Positions 38,426-52,595 of a DNA stretch of 64,000 nt are shown piece after piece. A program made the translations under genes and the position numbers. Each line of letters begins with the position of its first letter. The first letter of the stretch is position 1. The stretch spans positions 161,510,001-161,574,000 of the forward strand of contig OX597815.1 in NCBI GenBank assembly GCA_951406725.2, read 5' to 3'. Source of the stretch: Octopus vulgaris. Lineage: Eukaryota. The notes below the pieces were generated by a model. The model did not search any database and was not told where the DNA came from. It saw only the letters and a program-made list of their open reading frames with translations.

Positions 38426-38823
38426 TTTTGTTAATTCGTCGTTCAACTCCATTCTTTCATATAAAAAAACATACAAATTTCCACACGAAAGCACGTAACT
38501 TCAAACGTGTCTTCTCTGATGTGAATTTGCTACCCAGGTATCGGTTAACTGAATTATCCATAACAAGATAATTCATTCAACTACTCTTATATATATATAT
38601 ATATATATATTCTTTTATTCTTTTACTAGTTTCAGTCATTTGACTGCAGCAAATGCTGGAGCACTGTCTTGAAGGGTTTTTAGTGAAACAAATAACCCCA
38701 GGACTTATTTCTTAAGTCTAATACTTATTCTTTCTCTTTCTTTTTGCTGAACCACTAAGTTACAGTGATGAGGGAACAAACACAGACACAAAGACACACA
38801 CACATAAATACACACACACATAC

Positions 38824-38865
<42 letters not shown>

Positions 38866-40095
38866 GCAGTCTTCTTTCAGTTCCCCCCTACCAAATCTAC
38901 TCACAAGGTAGAAGACACTTGCCCAAGTCACCATGCAGTGAGACTGAACCCAGAACCATGTGGTTAGAAACAAGTTTCTTACTACACAGCCACACCTGTA
39001 TGCATATGGGCACTTACTGTATATATTTCTTTATTGCCTACAAGGGGCTAAACATAGAGGGGACAAACAAGGACAAAGGGATTAAGTCAATTACATCGAC
39101 CCCACTGCATAAGTGGTACTTATTTAATTGACCCCTAAAGGATGAAAGGTAAAGTGAACCTCAGCAGAAATTGAACACAGAACGTGACAGCAGACGATAT
39201 ACCGCTAAGCATTTCGCCCGGCATGCTACCGTTTCTGCCAGCTCGCCACCCTAACTATATATACTTATTGTATATACGTATTGCATTACATCATTAGGTG
39301 CAATTTTAACTGGATTATATAGGTGCAGGAATGGCTGTGTGGTAAGAAACTTGCTTTCCAACCACATGGTTCCAAGTTCAGTTCCACTGCATGGAAACTT
39401 GGCAAGCGTCTTCTACTATAACCTCGGCTGACCAAAGACTTGTGAGTGGATTTGGTAGATGGAAACTGAAAGAAGCCTGTTGTATGTATATATATATATA
39501 TATGTGTGTGTGTATGTATGTATGTACGTATTTGTTATTTGTGTCTGTGTTTGTCCCCCACCACCATTGCTTGACAACTGAGGCTGGTGTGTTTGCGTAC
39601 CCGTAACTTAGTGGGTCAGTAAAAAGAGACTGACAGAACAAGTACTAAGCTTACAAAGAATAAGTCCTGGGGTTGATTTGTTTGACTAAAGGTGGTGCTC
39701 CAGCATGGCTGCAGTCAAATGACTGAAACAAGTGAAAGAATATATATATTTATATATATATACATATGTATGCATATTGTATACGCATATTTATAAGTGT
39801 CAGCGTTTATATATGGTGTATGATCTGGTTTCCTTTTCTTACTGCCACCACAACCACCACCACCAAAGCCGCCACCACCACCACCACCACCACCACCACT
39901 ACCACCACCAAACTACCACCACAACCAACAACAACAACAACACTAGATGACGTGTGGTTTAGCATACATGAGTGACATTAAGGAGATATCTAGATCCAGG
40001 CACAGGCAGGAATGTGTGCTTAAGAAGTTCCAGACTGACCAAAGCTTGCGCGTCGATTTGGTAGATGGAAAACAAAAGGATCGCATAACACACAA

Positions 40096-40138
<43 letters not shown>

Positions 40139-42660
40139 CGTGTGCACACATATGTATGTATGTATGTATGTATGCATGTATGTATATATGTATGTATGTA
40201 TATATGTATGTATGTATGTATGTGTCTATGTGTGTGTATGTGTTTATGTATGTATGTATTATGTGATGAGGTATGTCTGTTTGTCTTGGTAATGTGTGAT
40301 AGTCATAAATGAGTATTATAATCATGCAAGCAGTGTCCTTCATTTCTAAACCACCATGAAGCATGTTTGGCCATGGGGAAATATTGACTTGCTTGGAAGC
40401 AGGCAAGGGTTAGCAACTGTAAGAGCATACAGTTGTAGAAAATCTGTCTCAACAATTTTCATCCACCCTGCGGAAGCACAAGAAAAATGAATAAATGCAC
40501 CCTTTTAAAGCCTAGCCAGGCTCATGGGCCTGGTTTCCCTGGTTTCAATGGCATATGTGTTCCCCAGCTGGACAGAAAACTAGTCCATCACAGCGTTACT
40601 CATTTTTGCCAGCTGAGTTGATTGGAACAAAGTGTCACCCTGTCCAGGAATCGAAACCACAATCTTACGATCATGATGCTGACTCCTTAACCACTAGACC
40701 ACACACCTCCACAGGGAAGCATGAGAAAGTGGACATTAAAATGATGGTGATGATGATGATGATGATGATGATGATCCTTAAGTGTGAATGTCCATGTATT
40801 TAGGAGTGCATGTGTATATCCATAATGCACGTATGTATTCATTTGTTATTGTGTTAGGTCACTTGAGTGCTACAGGTAAGGTGTAATCCAGTAAAACTAG
40901 TTACTTGGTTCTCATCGTTAATGAGGAAAAACCCAAAATTTCTTAACCAGGTTAACTTAGTGAAAGAGGCTTGCAATAAAAAAACAGATCTGCTAAAAGG
41001 ACAAACTGACCTGTCAGAAGGTCAGTGTCCATCTAGCAACAGAGTATGATGTGGGTGGGTGGTGGACGGAAAGACATAGAAAAATGTGAGATAGTGAACA
41101 AGTATGATGTAATGCCTGTAAAACCACTTTGTGAGTTCACTAGTTTCTGTCATAATATCTAACTAGAGCAGTAGCAGGAGTAGATAAGGCTCCTTAACCA
41201 TAGTGGTGAAGAAGACTACCTCTCTGCACTACTTTGCTGCCTTGCAAGTGAATATATGGAATTAAGAAAATAAAGGTTTTAGAGACACCCACTAAGAGGA
41301 AAACATACTGAGGCATTTATATTTCAGGTAGTTCCTGACTCTTCTGTTATTGGAAGGTGTGTTTTGGTGTCGTAAGTTACCTAACCACTAATAAGGTTTA
41401 CTAGAATAACAATGAGCCTGGTGCAGCCATCTGGTTCACCAGTCCTCAATCAAGTCGTCCAATCCATGCTAGCATGGAAAGCAGACATCAAACGATGATG
41501 ATGATAATCATAAAGACCAACTATGGGTAGTAAGCTATGAAATTCTTACATTCCCTTGATTTTTGGTAATTCAGACCATCTCACAGTCCCAGCAGACAAA
41601 ATGGGAAAGGTGTTGCCCTGGAGGACGGTGAGGAAGATGCACTGGAACAGCCACTCTGACACATGTACTTGAACTTGTGGACACCCATCTCCACCCAGAT
41701 AGTGGTGTGTCATGATATGGTTCTGGGGATCCAAGAATGCTGGAGGTTTCCACTGCCACAGGCTCAACCATAAACCTATCAGAGAATGACCAACTGATAC
41801 TTTGACAGTTTGCTTTGATGAGTAGCAGAGCCTGGGTTGGTAGTTGAATAAACCTAGTTTCACTTGCAAACAGCCATCTCTGCCTCGTCAGCAGTGAGCA
41901 GAGAGATGGTGCAGGGGCTAAGACCACCAGAGGTCCCCACTGCGACAGGCTCGACCACAAACCTGTTACAGGGTGATTGATACCTTGAGAGTTTGCTCTT
42001 CTAAGCCTGACAAGCAGTGGAGCCTGGGCTGGAAGCTGGACACACCAAGTTGCTGCTGGAGAAGGCGTCACAGCATGTGGTATCCCAGATGAGAAGCTTA
42101 CCACTATGGAACTTCATAGGGAACATAGCATTGCTGCTAACTGTGCACCCTAAGTATAACTGTAAATGTTCATTGCAGAGGTAGTTTCTCCTGTTGTGTG
42201 GTTACTAGATTTTGGATTTCATAATGCATTCAAATCCATAGGAGAGAAAGAGATAGAGAGAGAGTATGTGCGTGTGTGTATATGTGTGTGTGTGTGTCCA
42301 AGCTTTCTTATCCATTTGTTTATTCTAAGTGATGTATGTGCACCTTCACCCTTTCACATTTGAACTGGCCATATCCGGCTCAAACATTCTACTGGGTTTT
42401 ATATTCAAACTGGCCAGATCTGTCTTCTCACGCACATCCTGCAAGGGCACTCTGAGAATAAACAATCATATCATTGAAATCTCAAAGCTTATATATATGT
42501 GAGAATTTGTTTTGGAGTTTGAATATGCACCTGAATTAGAAAAATGTGAAGTTTTTAAATAGATTTGTTAAAATCAACTACATGTAAATTCAGGTGCATT
42601 TTGAAACCCCAAAACAAATTTCTTATATTTTTTTCCAGTGTGGGACTACAACTCCTCTTT

Positions 42661-42710
<50 letters not shown>

Positions 42711-42924
42711 TTAATAATGATCAAGAGAATGGAAATTTTATCCACATCTATAATTTTATTAAACAGGAGCGGCTGTGTGATACGTAGCTTGCTTACCACC
42801 ACATGGTTCCGGGTTCAGTCCCACTGCATGGCACCTTGGTCAAGTGTCTTCTACTATAGCCTCAGGCCTACCAAAGCCTTGTGTGTGGGAACTGAAAGAA
42901 GCCCGTCATATAAATATGAGTGTG

Positions 42925-42988
<64 letters not shown>

Positions 42989-43366
42989 TGTGTGTGTGTG
43001 TGTGTTCGTGTGTTGGTGTTTATCCCCCCCACCATCACTTTACAACCGATGCTGGTGTGTTTACATCCCCATAACTTAGCAGTTTGGCAAAAGAGACCGA
43101 TAGGATAAGTACTAGGCTTACAAAGAATAAATCCTGGTGTCAATTTGTTCGACTAAAAGTGGTGCTCCAGCATGGCCACAGTCAAATGACTGAAACAAAG
43201 AATTAAAAAGTTATTTACAGCATTCTCTCTTGTACCTACATGTTTTTCAGCTGCATCAACTTCACATTATTAAACATGCAACCACGTAGTGCCATGTTCA
43301 GTACAGTTTCATCAGGGTCCATTATTTACTGTCACTTGAAGTGAAGCTGAAGGAATCAGTAAGCTT

Positions 43367-43397
<31 letters not shown>

Positions 43398-43462
43398 GGT
43401 CCCGGGTTGAGTCGGGGTTAACCACAGTAAATAAGGTACTCAATACATAGCAGAGTAAATTA

Positions 43463-43587
43463 ATTTATTTTATAGAAGGAGCTTCTACAGGACTAGAACT
43501 GTTTCATTCAAAAGAAATCATCAGGTGCTTCCTGATGATTTCTTTTGAATGAAACAGTTCTAGTCCTGTAGAAGCTCCTTCTATAAA

Positions 43588-43593
<6 letters not shown>
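43463..43593. repeat. Perfect palindrome (63-bp arms, 5-bp spacer) between (TA)n tracts
   Basis: 43463-43525 is the reverse complement of 43531-43593. Confidence 0.95.
43527..43575 (+). ncRNA. Type I hammerhead ribozyme
   Basis: gcttc CTGATGA t ttc-tttt-gaa t GAAA cag-ttctagtc-ctg T A gaagc; GUA cleavage site. Confidence 0.8.
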
Positions 43594-43628
<35 letters not shown>

Positions 43629-44138
43629 TGTTTAGCTGTTTCTCTAATTCAATCTAAACTCTCCTTTCCCTACTTCAATTTATCCATATCATAAACAACA
43701 AACCCACTTTGTGAAACATACACAGATGTATTAACAGCAGCAACAACATTAACAACAAGCATATCAGAAGAAGCTAAGTTGCATTTGTGGTTCCCCAGGA
43801 GATTATCTTTAATGTATAGAATTCACATAAAATTCAATAAATTGATTTACCCTGAGATGTGACTCTTAAATATGGTACTTAGTAAGGATGTGACACTTAA
43901 ATCTTTTTGTTCCATTTGTTCCCAGGCATGGCTGTGTGATAACAAGCTTGCTTCCTTACCACATTGTTCTGGGTTCGGTCCCACTCTGTAGCACCATGAG
44001 CAAGAGCCTTCTATTACAGCCTCGGGCCTTGTGAGTAGATTTGGTAAACAGAAGCTAAAAGAAACCCATCGTATATATGTGTGTATATATATGTATGTGT
44101 GTGTATATATATGTGTGTATATATATGTGTGTGTATAC

Positions 44139-44176
<38 letters not shown>

Positions 44177-45051
44177 GTTTGTGTGTTTTCATCTGTATTT
44201 GTCCCCCACCATTACTTGGTAATCCGCACTGGTGTGTTTATATCTCTGTAACTTAAAAAAAGAAAATGATAGAATAAGTATGAGGCTTACAAAAGTACTT
44301 GGGTGGATTCATTTGATTAAAAATTCTTTAAGGCTGTGTCCCAGCTGAAACAAGTAAAAGATCTTTTAAATAGTTTTGTCTACAGAAGTCATAGGCAAAT
44401 TGCAGTTCACAGCACTTTTTGAATTGCAAGGCCTAATGAACAGTTAACCTGAATTCTTTCAGTATTGCATCCCATCTGATGAAGAATCGCGTCTCATTTG
44501 GTCTGCTTCTCAAAACATGGTTGCCAGTGCTTCATATGTATGTATGTATGTACGTCTATATCTGTCTATCTATCTATTTATATATATATGTTCTTTTATT
44601 TTTTTACTTGTTTCAGTCATGTGACTGCGGCCATGCCGTTAGTCAAACAAATCAACTCCAGGACTTATTCTTTGTAAGCCTAGTACTTATACTGCTTATA
44701 CTATCATCTCGTTTGCCAAACTGCTAAGTTACAGGAATGTAAACACACCAACATTGGTTGTCAAACAATGGAGGGGGGACAAACACACACACACATATAT
44801 ACAACGGGCTTCTTTCAATTCCCATCTACCAGATCCACTCACAAGGCTTTGGTCGGCCTGAGGCTATAGTAGATAACACTTGCCCAAGGTGCCACACAGT
44901 GGGACTGAACCCGGAACCATGTGGCTGGGAAGCAAGCGCTTCTTACCACATAGCCACTCCTGAAGCTCAGCCACATACAAATATTTGCATGCATATATAT
45001 ACATACATACATATATAAATATACATATACATAAATATAAATAAATGTGTC

Positions 45052-45082
<31 letters not shown>

Positions 45083-45460
45083 GCATATATACAGAGAGAG
45101 AGAGAGAGTGGTTTCCACACAGTTTCCATCTATCAGATTCACTCACAAGGCATTAGTCAGCCCAGAGTAATAGTAGAAGACATTTGTTGAAGGTGCTGTG
45201 CAATGGGATTGAACCTGAAGAGTACGAAAAGAGATGATCATATTTGTGCTCAATAGAGGCTGAACTCAGCTAAACAATTTGAGCAACAGCCCTTCTGTTT
45301 ACCTGATATCTTTCTGATTTTCTGTAACTGTGTTTGTACATCTGCAAGGATAAGTGTATGTATGTGTGCGTGTGTGCACGTGTAGCTGTGTGTAACAGAT
45401 ATAGCAGAACTTATTACTAATTAGTTTGTCTCATGATAATTAGATCTTCATTTGGAATTT

Positions 45461-45495
<35 letters not shown>

Positions 45496-48400
45496 TGTTA
45501 TTTTTTTTTCTTGTATAAATTATTTCCTCATTAGCTTACCTGAGCAAGCAATCTGTGAAATCCATACCTTCTTGGAAACACAATGTCACATAAAAGAGGA
45601 CAGCATTGACGATGAGGATGACGATGATGATGACAATGATGATGAAGATGATAGTGATTAAGAGGAGGAGAAAGATGAAAAAGGAGAAGGTAGAGGAGGA
45701 CAAGGATAATGATGATGTTGATGGTGGTGATGATGATGAGGAGGATGAGGAGGATAACAATAACTTTCATTTCCCTTTGTTTTTTCTTTTAACTGTAGCT
45801 ATTGAAATTGATAGGATTTCAGACAATCAAATACAAGGTCGTCCTCATCATCATCATCATCATCATCATTATCATCATCATCATCATTATCATCATCATT
45901 AACATCAACATTGTTATTCATTTGTGCTCCATTTTCACAGTGTTTAATTTTTCTCTTTTTACTTTATAGGTTTCATCCAAATAAAGAAAGAAGCTGCTCT
46001 CCCATGGTCTTCACAGGCTCTCCAGGACCATTGAGTCTAATGAGATTAATGTGCCTCTTGAACAATTGAGGCGTTTAGAAACAGACCGTTGTAAGCATCA
46101 CAACTTAAAGACCAAGAAAAACGCAATCGAAGTTTCACGACTTTCGGCAAGGATTGAAGTTAGGAAGCTAGTTTTGGTCTGAAAATGACCGTGAAGACCT
46201 CCTCTAATCATTCCACCTATGTAAAATTATTTATTTATATATGCCTATGAAAGATGAAATAATGATTGTGTCGTTCTCAGTTTGTAGAATATACCGGTAC
46301 TACGAAACTGTGTATTGCATTGCATATTTTAGCCATAATATCTAGAAAAAACAGAGACCCACCCCAAAGGCATTGCTTGTGTTTTAATATACCAAGGTAA
46401 GTCTGTTTAAGAGCTAAATAAGACAAGACAGTAAGATAATAGCCCATTATTGTTGCAATGGGAATGAGGAATATTAGGAAATGAGTCATAAGACTTCAAA
46501 AAACAATACAAGGCCCACACCAAAGTTATTGATTGAGTGTGTGTGTTTACAATGGTTTGTTACTAAGCTGTCTGGTGTGAGTTTCAGTGAGTGAGCGTAG
46601 TGTCAATAGCGTTAAGGTACAATTTTTTCCAGTCGGATTTTTGACCTTATTGCAAGCCTCACTGGTTTTTCCTCCCAACATTTTTGAATTCTAGACATTA
46701 AGACAAAGAAAATGATACTAACTCTGAAAATGGTCAGAGTGGTGCTTACAAAACTCTGTTACTAAATGCCTCAATTGCATGCTGACAGTAAATATTACAG
46801 ATCTTACTAAGCATATGCAATTCATTTCTCTTCAATTCCCAAAATATTTTCTGTGGAATTCTGGTTTCATCACACAATGTAAACCCTCATAGTGCTTTTT
46901 TATTCTTCAGAAATTTGCAAAAAAATTTTGCAAATTATGTTAAATTACACACCCTTTTGTCTGAAATTATAAGAAGCTTGCTTCCCAACCACATGGTTCC
47001 ATGTTCAGTCCCACTGCATGGCACCTTGGACAAGTGTCTTCTACTATAGCCTCAGGTCAACCAAAGCCATGTGAGTGGCTTTGGTTGATGGAAACTAAAA
47101 TAGCCCATCATATAAGCATATGTGTGTGTGTGTGTGTCTTTGTGTCTGTGTGTGTGTTTGCTCCACACATCCACAACTTGACAACCAGTGTTAGTATGCT
47201 GACATCTCCATAACCTAGTAGTTCAGCAAAAGCAATTGATAGAATAAGTACCATACTTTAAAAAACAAAAAATAATTACTGGGGTTGATTCATTCAACTA
47301 AAAGTTCTCTAAGGTGGTGCCCCAGCATGGCCACAGTCTAATGACTGAAACAAGTAAAAGATACAAAATAAAGAAGCATCTGGCAGATTCAGACTGACTG
47401 TATTTTAAAACTATCAATACAAAAAAAAAAAAAATTCAAAAAAATTGTTGAAATTTTAGGATTTCTGGGCAGGAATTACACAATTTAAAAAAATTGTTTT
47501 TTTGCATAACTATATGAAATCTCATAAGTAGAACACAAATTCACAAAAAATTTCTGAAAATTCCAAAAATTAAAAAAAGTTATAAAGGGTTATATGATGT
47601 GTTTAAACCAGAATTCTGCCAGGTTTTTTTTTTCCTATGTTCAGGGTATTCATTCAGATCTTTTTATCATCCAGCAACACACATCTTTCAGAGTGTACAC
47701 CAATTGTATTCCTCTTTCTCTTCTATCTTCCTCTCACAGACTTACCAATGTGTGGAGGTACATGGCTTAGTGGTTAGGGTGTTGGACTCATGATCATAAG
47801 ATTCTGGTTTCAATTCCTGGACCGGGTGATGCATTGTGTTCTTGAGCGAAACACTTCACTTCACATTGCTCCAGTCTACTCAGTTGGCAAAAATGAGTAA
47901 TCCTGCGATGGACCAGCATCCTGTCCAGGTTGGGAATATATACACCATGGAAACCAGGAAACTGGCTCTTATGAGTCAGTATGACTCAAGGCGAGTCATC
48001 AAGCCAAGTGAAATTGTAGTTGAGGCCATTGCCATGTCATGTAAATGGCACCCATGAAATCATAGATAGATAGACAGAGAGGGAGAGAGAGAGAGACAAA
48101 TATATAGATATAGACAGACAGACAAGCAGAGAGGTAGGTAGGTAGGTAGGTAGGTAGGTAAGTAGATGGATAAAGAGATATAAATAGATACTTACTTTGA
48201 TAAAACTTACTTGGAAAAGGATGCATGGCATTCGATCATATAATAAAAATAATATATAAATATATGCATATATACATATATGTACATACATATATGTACA
48301 TACATATATATACATACATATATGTACATACCTACATAGGCGGCGAGCTGGCAGACACGTTAGCGCGCCGGGCAAAATGCTTAGCGGTATTTCGTCTGTC

Positions 48401-48774
48401 ATTATGTTCTGAGTTCAAATTCCGCTGAGGTCGACTTTGCCTTTCATCCTTTCGGGGTCGATAGATAAAGTACCAGTTTCGCACTGGGGTCGATGTAATC
48501 GACTCAATCCCTTTGTCTGTCCTTGTTTGTCCCCTCTATGTTTAGCCCGTTGTGGGCAATAAAGAAATATATATATGTATATATACATGCATATAGGGGT
48601 ACAGGACATCATAAAAACGTTGAACACAATGAGAAATGAAAACAATAAAATAGATAGATAGATAGATAGAGAAAGAGAGAGAGAGAGAAATATATAGATA
48701 TAGACAGACAGAGAAGGTAGGTGTATAGATAGATACTTAGATAGATAGACAAACAGACAGACAGACAGATAGAC

Positions 48775-49098
48775 ATCAACATCATTGTCATCATTATCAC
48801 TATCGTCGTCGTCATTGTAACCATCATTATCATCATCATCATCGTCGTCGTCATCATCAACATCATTGCCATCATCATCATTATGTTGTTGTCATCATCA
48901 ATATCATTGTCATCATGAACATCATCATCATCGTCATCATCAACATCATCATCATTATTATCATCATCAACATCATTGTCATCATCATCCTTATTGTCAT
49001 CAACAACATCATTTTCATCATTATCATCATCATCATCATTGCTGCTATCATTGTCATTGTCATCATCATCTTCATCATCATCACTGCCATCATCATCG
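48775..49098. repeat. Degenerate (CAT)n microsatellite
   Basis: Seen directly. Confidence 0.95.
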
Positions 49099-49750
49099 TT
49101 TTTACATACACTTCTCCATGCTCACACATGTCGGCTGGAATTTTAGTTGAGACAGAATTGCTATGGCTGGATGCCCTTCCTGTCACCTAAGATCCGGCGC
49201 TCAACTCTTTCCACATAAGATAATAGTTCCCCATGACCAAACCTGTTTTCACAGAAGATTGGAAATGGAAGACACCACTCACATGGCAATGATGCCCATT
49301 TACAAATACCACCCGATGGGGGAGTATAGTGTGAAGTTCTATGCCACTGAAATCTATGAGATCCAATCAATGAAATATTTTTTTAAACACTGAAATTATT
49401 GTAACATGAAGAAGGCTGCAAAACAGCTGTAGCCCTAAGGGTGTCAAGTGGTTAGATAAATATATTCACCTCTCAAAGCACGTGACTTTTTATGGTTTAT
49501 ATATAAATATATATATATATTACTTTTTTCAGTCATTAGACTGTGGCCATGCTGGGGCACCTTCTTAAATTTTTAGTTGAATGAATTGATCCCAGTACTT
49601 ATTTTTTAAAACTTTGTACTTATTCTTTTGGGTTTCTTTTGCTGAACTGCTAAGTTATTGGGATGTAAACACACCAACACCTGTTGTCAAGCAATGGTGG
49701 GATACAAACACAGATACGAAGACACACACACATAGACATATATTTCTTTC

Positions 49751-49860
49751 ATTACTATACGTGACTAAGGGTGCCTACGCACCTACATTGCTAGAAATAA
49801 GAGTTAAAATACTCTTAATGTTGTAGTGTTATAGCACCACCCTTAGTCACACTTAGTAAT
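49751..49860. repeat. Imperfect long hairpin inserted in a SINE microsatellite
   Basis: attacta..gtgactaagggtg ... taagagt/actctta ... cacccttagtcac..tagtaat. Confidence 0.7.
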
Positions 49861-51607
49861 AATTGAATTTTTCTTCTATAGTATCACAATGTGCTTAGCT
49901 GTTTATATTGGTTTTTTAATATATATATATATTTATATACAATAGGCTTCTTTCAGTTTCCATATAGCCCAGTGCTATAGTAGAAAACACTTGCCTAAGG
50001 TACCACACAGTAGGACTGAACCCAGAACCATGTGGTTCGGAAGCTAACTTCTTGCTGCACAGCCCATGTCTGTACCTAATATCTTAACTGTAAATATGTT
50101 TCTATTTTTTCCATAAAATATTGGTGCACATTCTGTTTGTTTAACAGTCCAAATATCTTTGCCAAGTGAACAAGCTTGGTACATGAAATAACCATAAATA
50201 TTCTCATTTCTTTAGAGTTGTAAAAACTACTTTCTGTTTTTCTTCCAACTCATAAATATGAACAAACACTTTCTCCATAGACAGCTGCCTTACTTATGTT
50301 ATGCAAAAATCGAGCATTCATCATGAAAAGCTATTGTTTTACAAAGCTGTTTTGAAAAACTGTCATTTCAGGTATCTTGATTTAACTGGTAGTAAAACTG
50401 GATGTTACTCATACTGGATCTCACCTTAGTGACAAGTTCTGTTTTTTTTTTGCTCTAATAAGATCCATCTTATATAAGAATCTATGATTATTCAGCTTTT
50501 GTATTACACATTGCCAAGTTGAATATTCAGATAGTAGACCCAGTTTCTTTTTAACAAAAATTTTCATGATAGGCATAGGAGTAGCTGTGTGGTACGTAGC
50601 TTGCTTACCAACCATATGGTTCCGGGTTCAGTCCCACTACATGGCACCTTGGGCAAGTGTCTTCTACTATAGCCTTGGTTCGACCGAAACCTTGTGAGTG
50701 GATTTGGTAGACGGAAACTGAAAGAAGCCCGTCATATATATATGCATATATATATATATATATGTGTGTATATATATATATATGGCCACAGCTCATAAGC
50801 TGAAACTGGAAAAATCAAATCAAAATCATATATGTATGTGTGTGTATATGTTTGTCACCCTGCCATTGCTTGACAACCGATGCTGGTGTGTTTAGGTCCC
50901 CATAACTTAGTGGTTCGGCAAAAGAGACCGATAGAATAAGTACTAGGCTTACAAAGAATTAGTCTGGGGTTGATTTGCAAATCGACTAATGGTGGTGCTC
51001 CAGCATGGCCACAGTCAAATGCCTGAAACTAGTATAAGAGTATGCGTTCTACTACCTGTAATATATATATATATTTAAATAATGGTCTTTTCCAAATTTT
51101 GGCACAAGACCAGAAAGTTCATGGGTGGGAGGGTAAGTTGATTACATTGACCCCAGTACTCAACTGGTACATAATTTATTGACCCCAAAAGGATGAAAGG
51201 CAAAGTCAACCACAGCAGAATTTGAACTTAGAAAGTAAGTGCTGCTAAGCATTTTGTCCAGTATGCTAATGATTTTGCCAGCTTGCTGCCTTAATAATAA
51301 TAATAATCTTTTCTACTATAGGCACAAGGCCTAGAATTTGTGGGAAGGTGTATAGTCAATCATATCGACTCCACTACGTGACTGGTATTTATTTTATGGA
51401 CCTCTAAAGATGAAAGGTAAAGTCCACCTCAGTGGAACTTGAATTCACAACATAAAGACAGATGAAATACCGCTAAGCATTTTGCTTGGTGTGCTAACGA
51501 TTCTGCCAGCTTGCCACCTTAATATATATATACTTGAAGAATGAGACATGATTTATAAATTCTTTAATTAAAAATATGTAATTAGAATATTGAATGTATA
51601 ATATCTT

Positions 51608-52595
51608 TCTTCTTCTTTCTTCTTCTTTGTGCCTTTAAGCCTCCTATGCGGAGTATAGGCCACTTATAGTTGAATTCCATGTCGTATAATTTTTGGCTTT
51701 TGTTCATATACTCTGCCATGAATGTCCCCCTTTCTCTAGTTCCTTTTGTGTTGATCTCTGCCACGAGTTCTTAGGCCTACCCCTCCTATAACCATCCGGT
51801 TTTCACTGTAAAGCACTTTTTGCTACATTTGGTGTGTCTTTTCTAATTGTGCTACCAATCCACTTCCACTTTTTCTGAAATATTTGCTCCCTAATCGAAA
51901 CTTGATTTGTTCTTTGCTATAGCTCCATATTGCTTATGTGTTTGGGCCATCTAATTTTAAGTATACTACGCAAGCATCTGTTGATGAATGATTGTATTTC
52001 CTTATTTAACTTAACTGTTGTTCACCATGTCTCAGCCCCATACAATAACACTGCTTTTACAGCATACTAGACAAGTACATATCTGTAATAAGAGCAACTT
52101 ACCAAGGAATGTCATGCCGAGTCTTGCATGGAAATGGAGCTATGGATAAATTTGAAGTAAAAACAGGAGTTCAACAGGGCTGTATACTTTCTCCCTTTTT
52201 ATTTCTACTAGTAATAGATTGGATTATGAAGGAAACTATGATTGAAAGCCAAACAGGCATTGAATGGACGGATGTGGAAGCTCTAGAAGATTTCGACTTT
52301 GCAGGTGATATTGTGCTACTTTCACAAACATATAGCCAAATGCAAAATAAAATGTCAAAATTAGAAGCAATAGCTACCAAACCGTGACAAATCAAAAATT
52401 ATGTGCATTAATGAAGAAAACAGCGAATCTATTAAACTAGAAACCGGTGAACTAGAGGATGTAGCTGAGTTTACGTATTTAGGTAGTAAGATAACGTTTT
52501 CAGGTGGCACCGATGAAGATATTAAGACGAGAATAAGTAAGGCAAGGACTGCTTTTCACCTGTTAAAGAAAGTATGGAGTGCAAGTGTAATTTCA
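51608..52595 (-). mobile_element. RTE LINE insertion with inverted 5' segment and 10-bp TSD
   Basis: Plus part 52063-52595: GVQQGCILSPFLF, DFDFAGDIVLL, FTYLGS. Minus part 51608-52062: VKAVLLYGAETW, KWKWIG, RRGRPK, (GAA)n tail. TSD ataatatctt at 51598 and 52596. Confidence 0.92.

Larger units (their letters stand above)
37628..38462. mobile_element. Element with about 155-bp inverted arms, each carrying a hammerhead
   Basis: 37628-37781 is the reverse complement of 38307-38462 with few differences; (TA)n on the left flank. Confidence 0.88.

Noticed and set aside
44472-44525. CTGATGA followed by caaaacatgg
   Set aside because: No convincing stem I or III, and no GAAA
45606-45770. Acidic protein exon (poly D/E)
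   Set aside because: Degenerate (GAT/GAG)n microsatellite with stops and no clear splice sites
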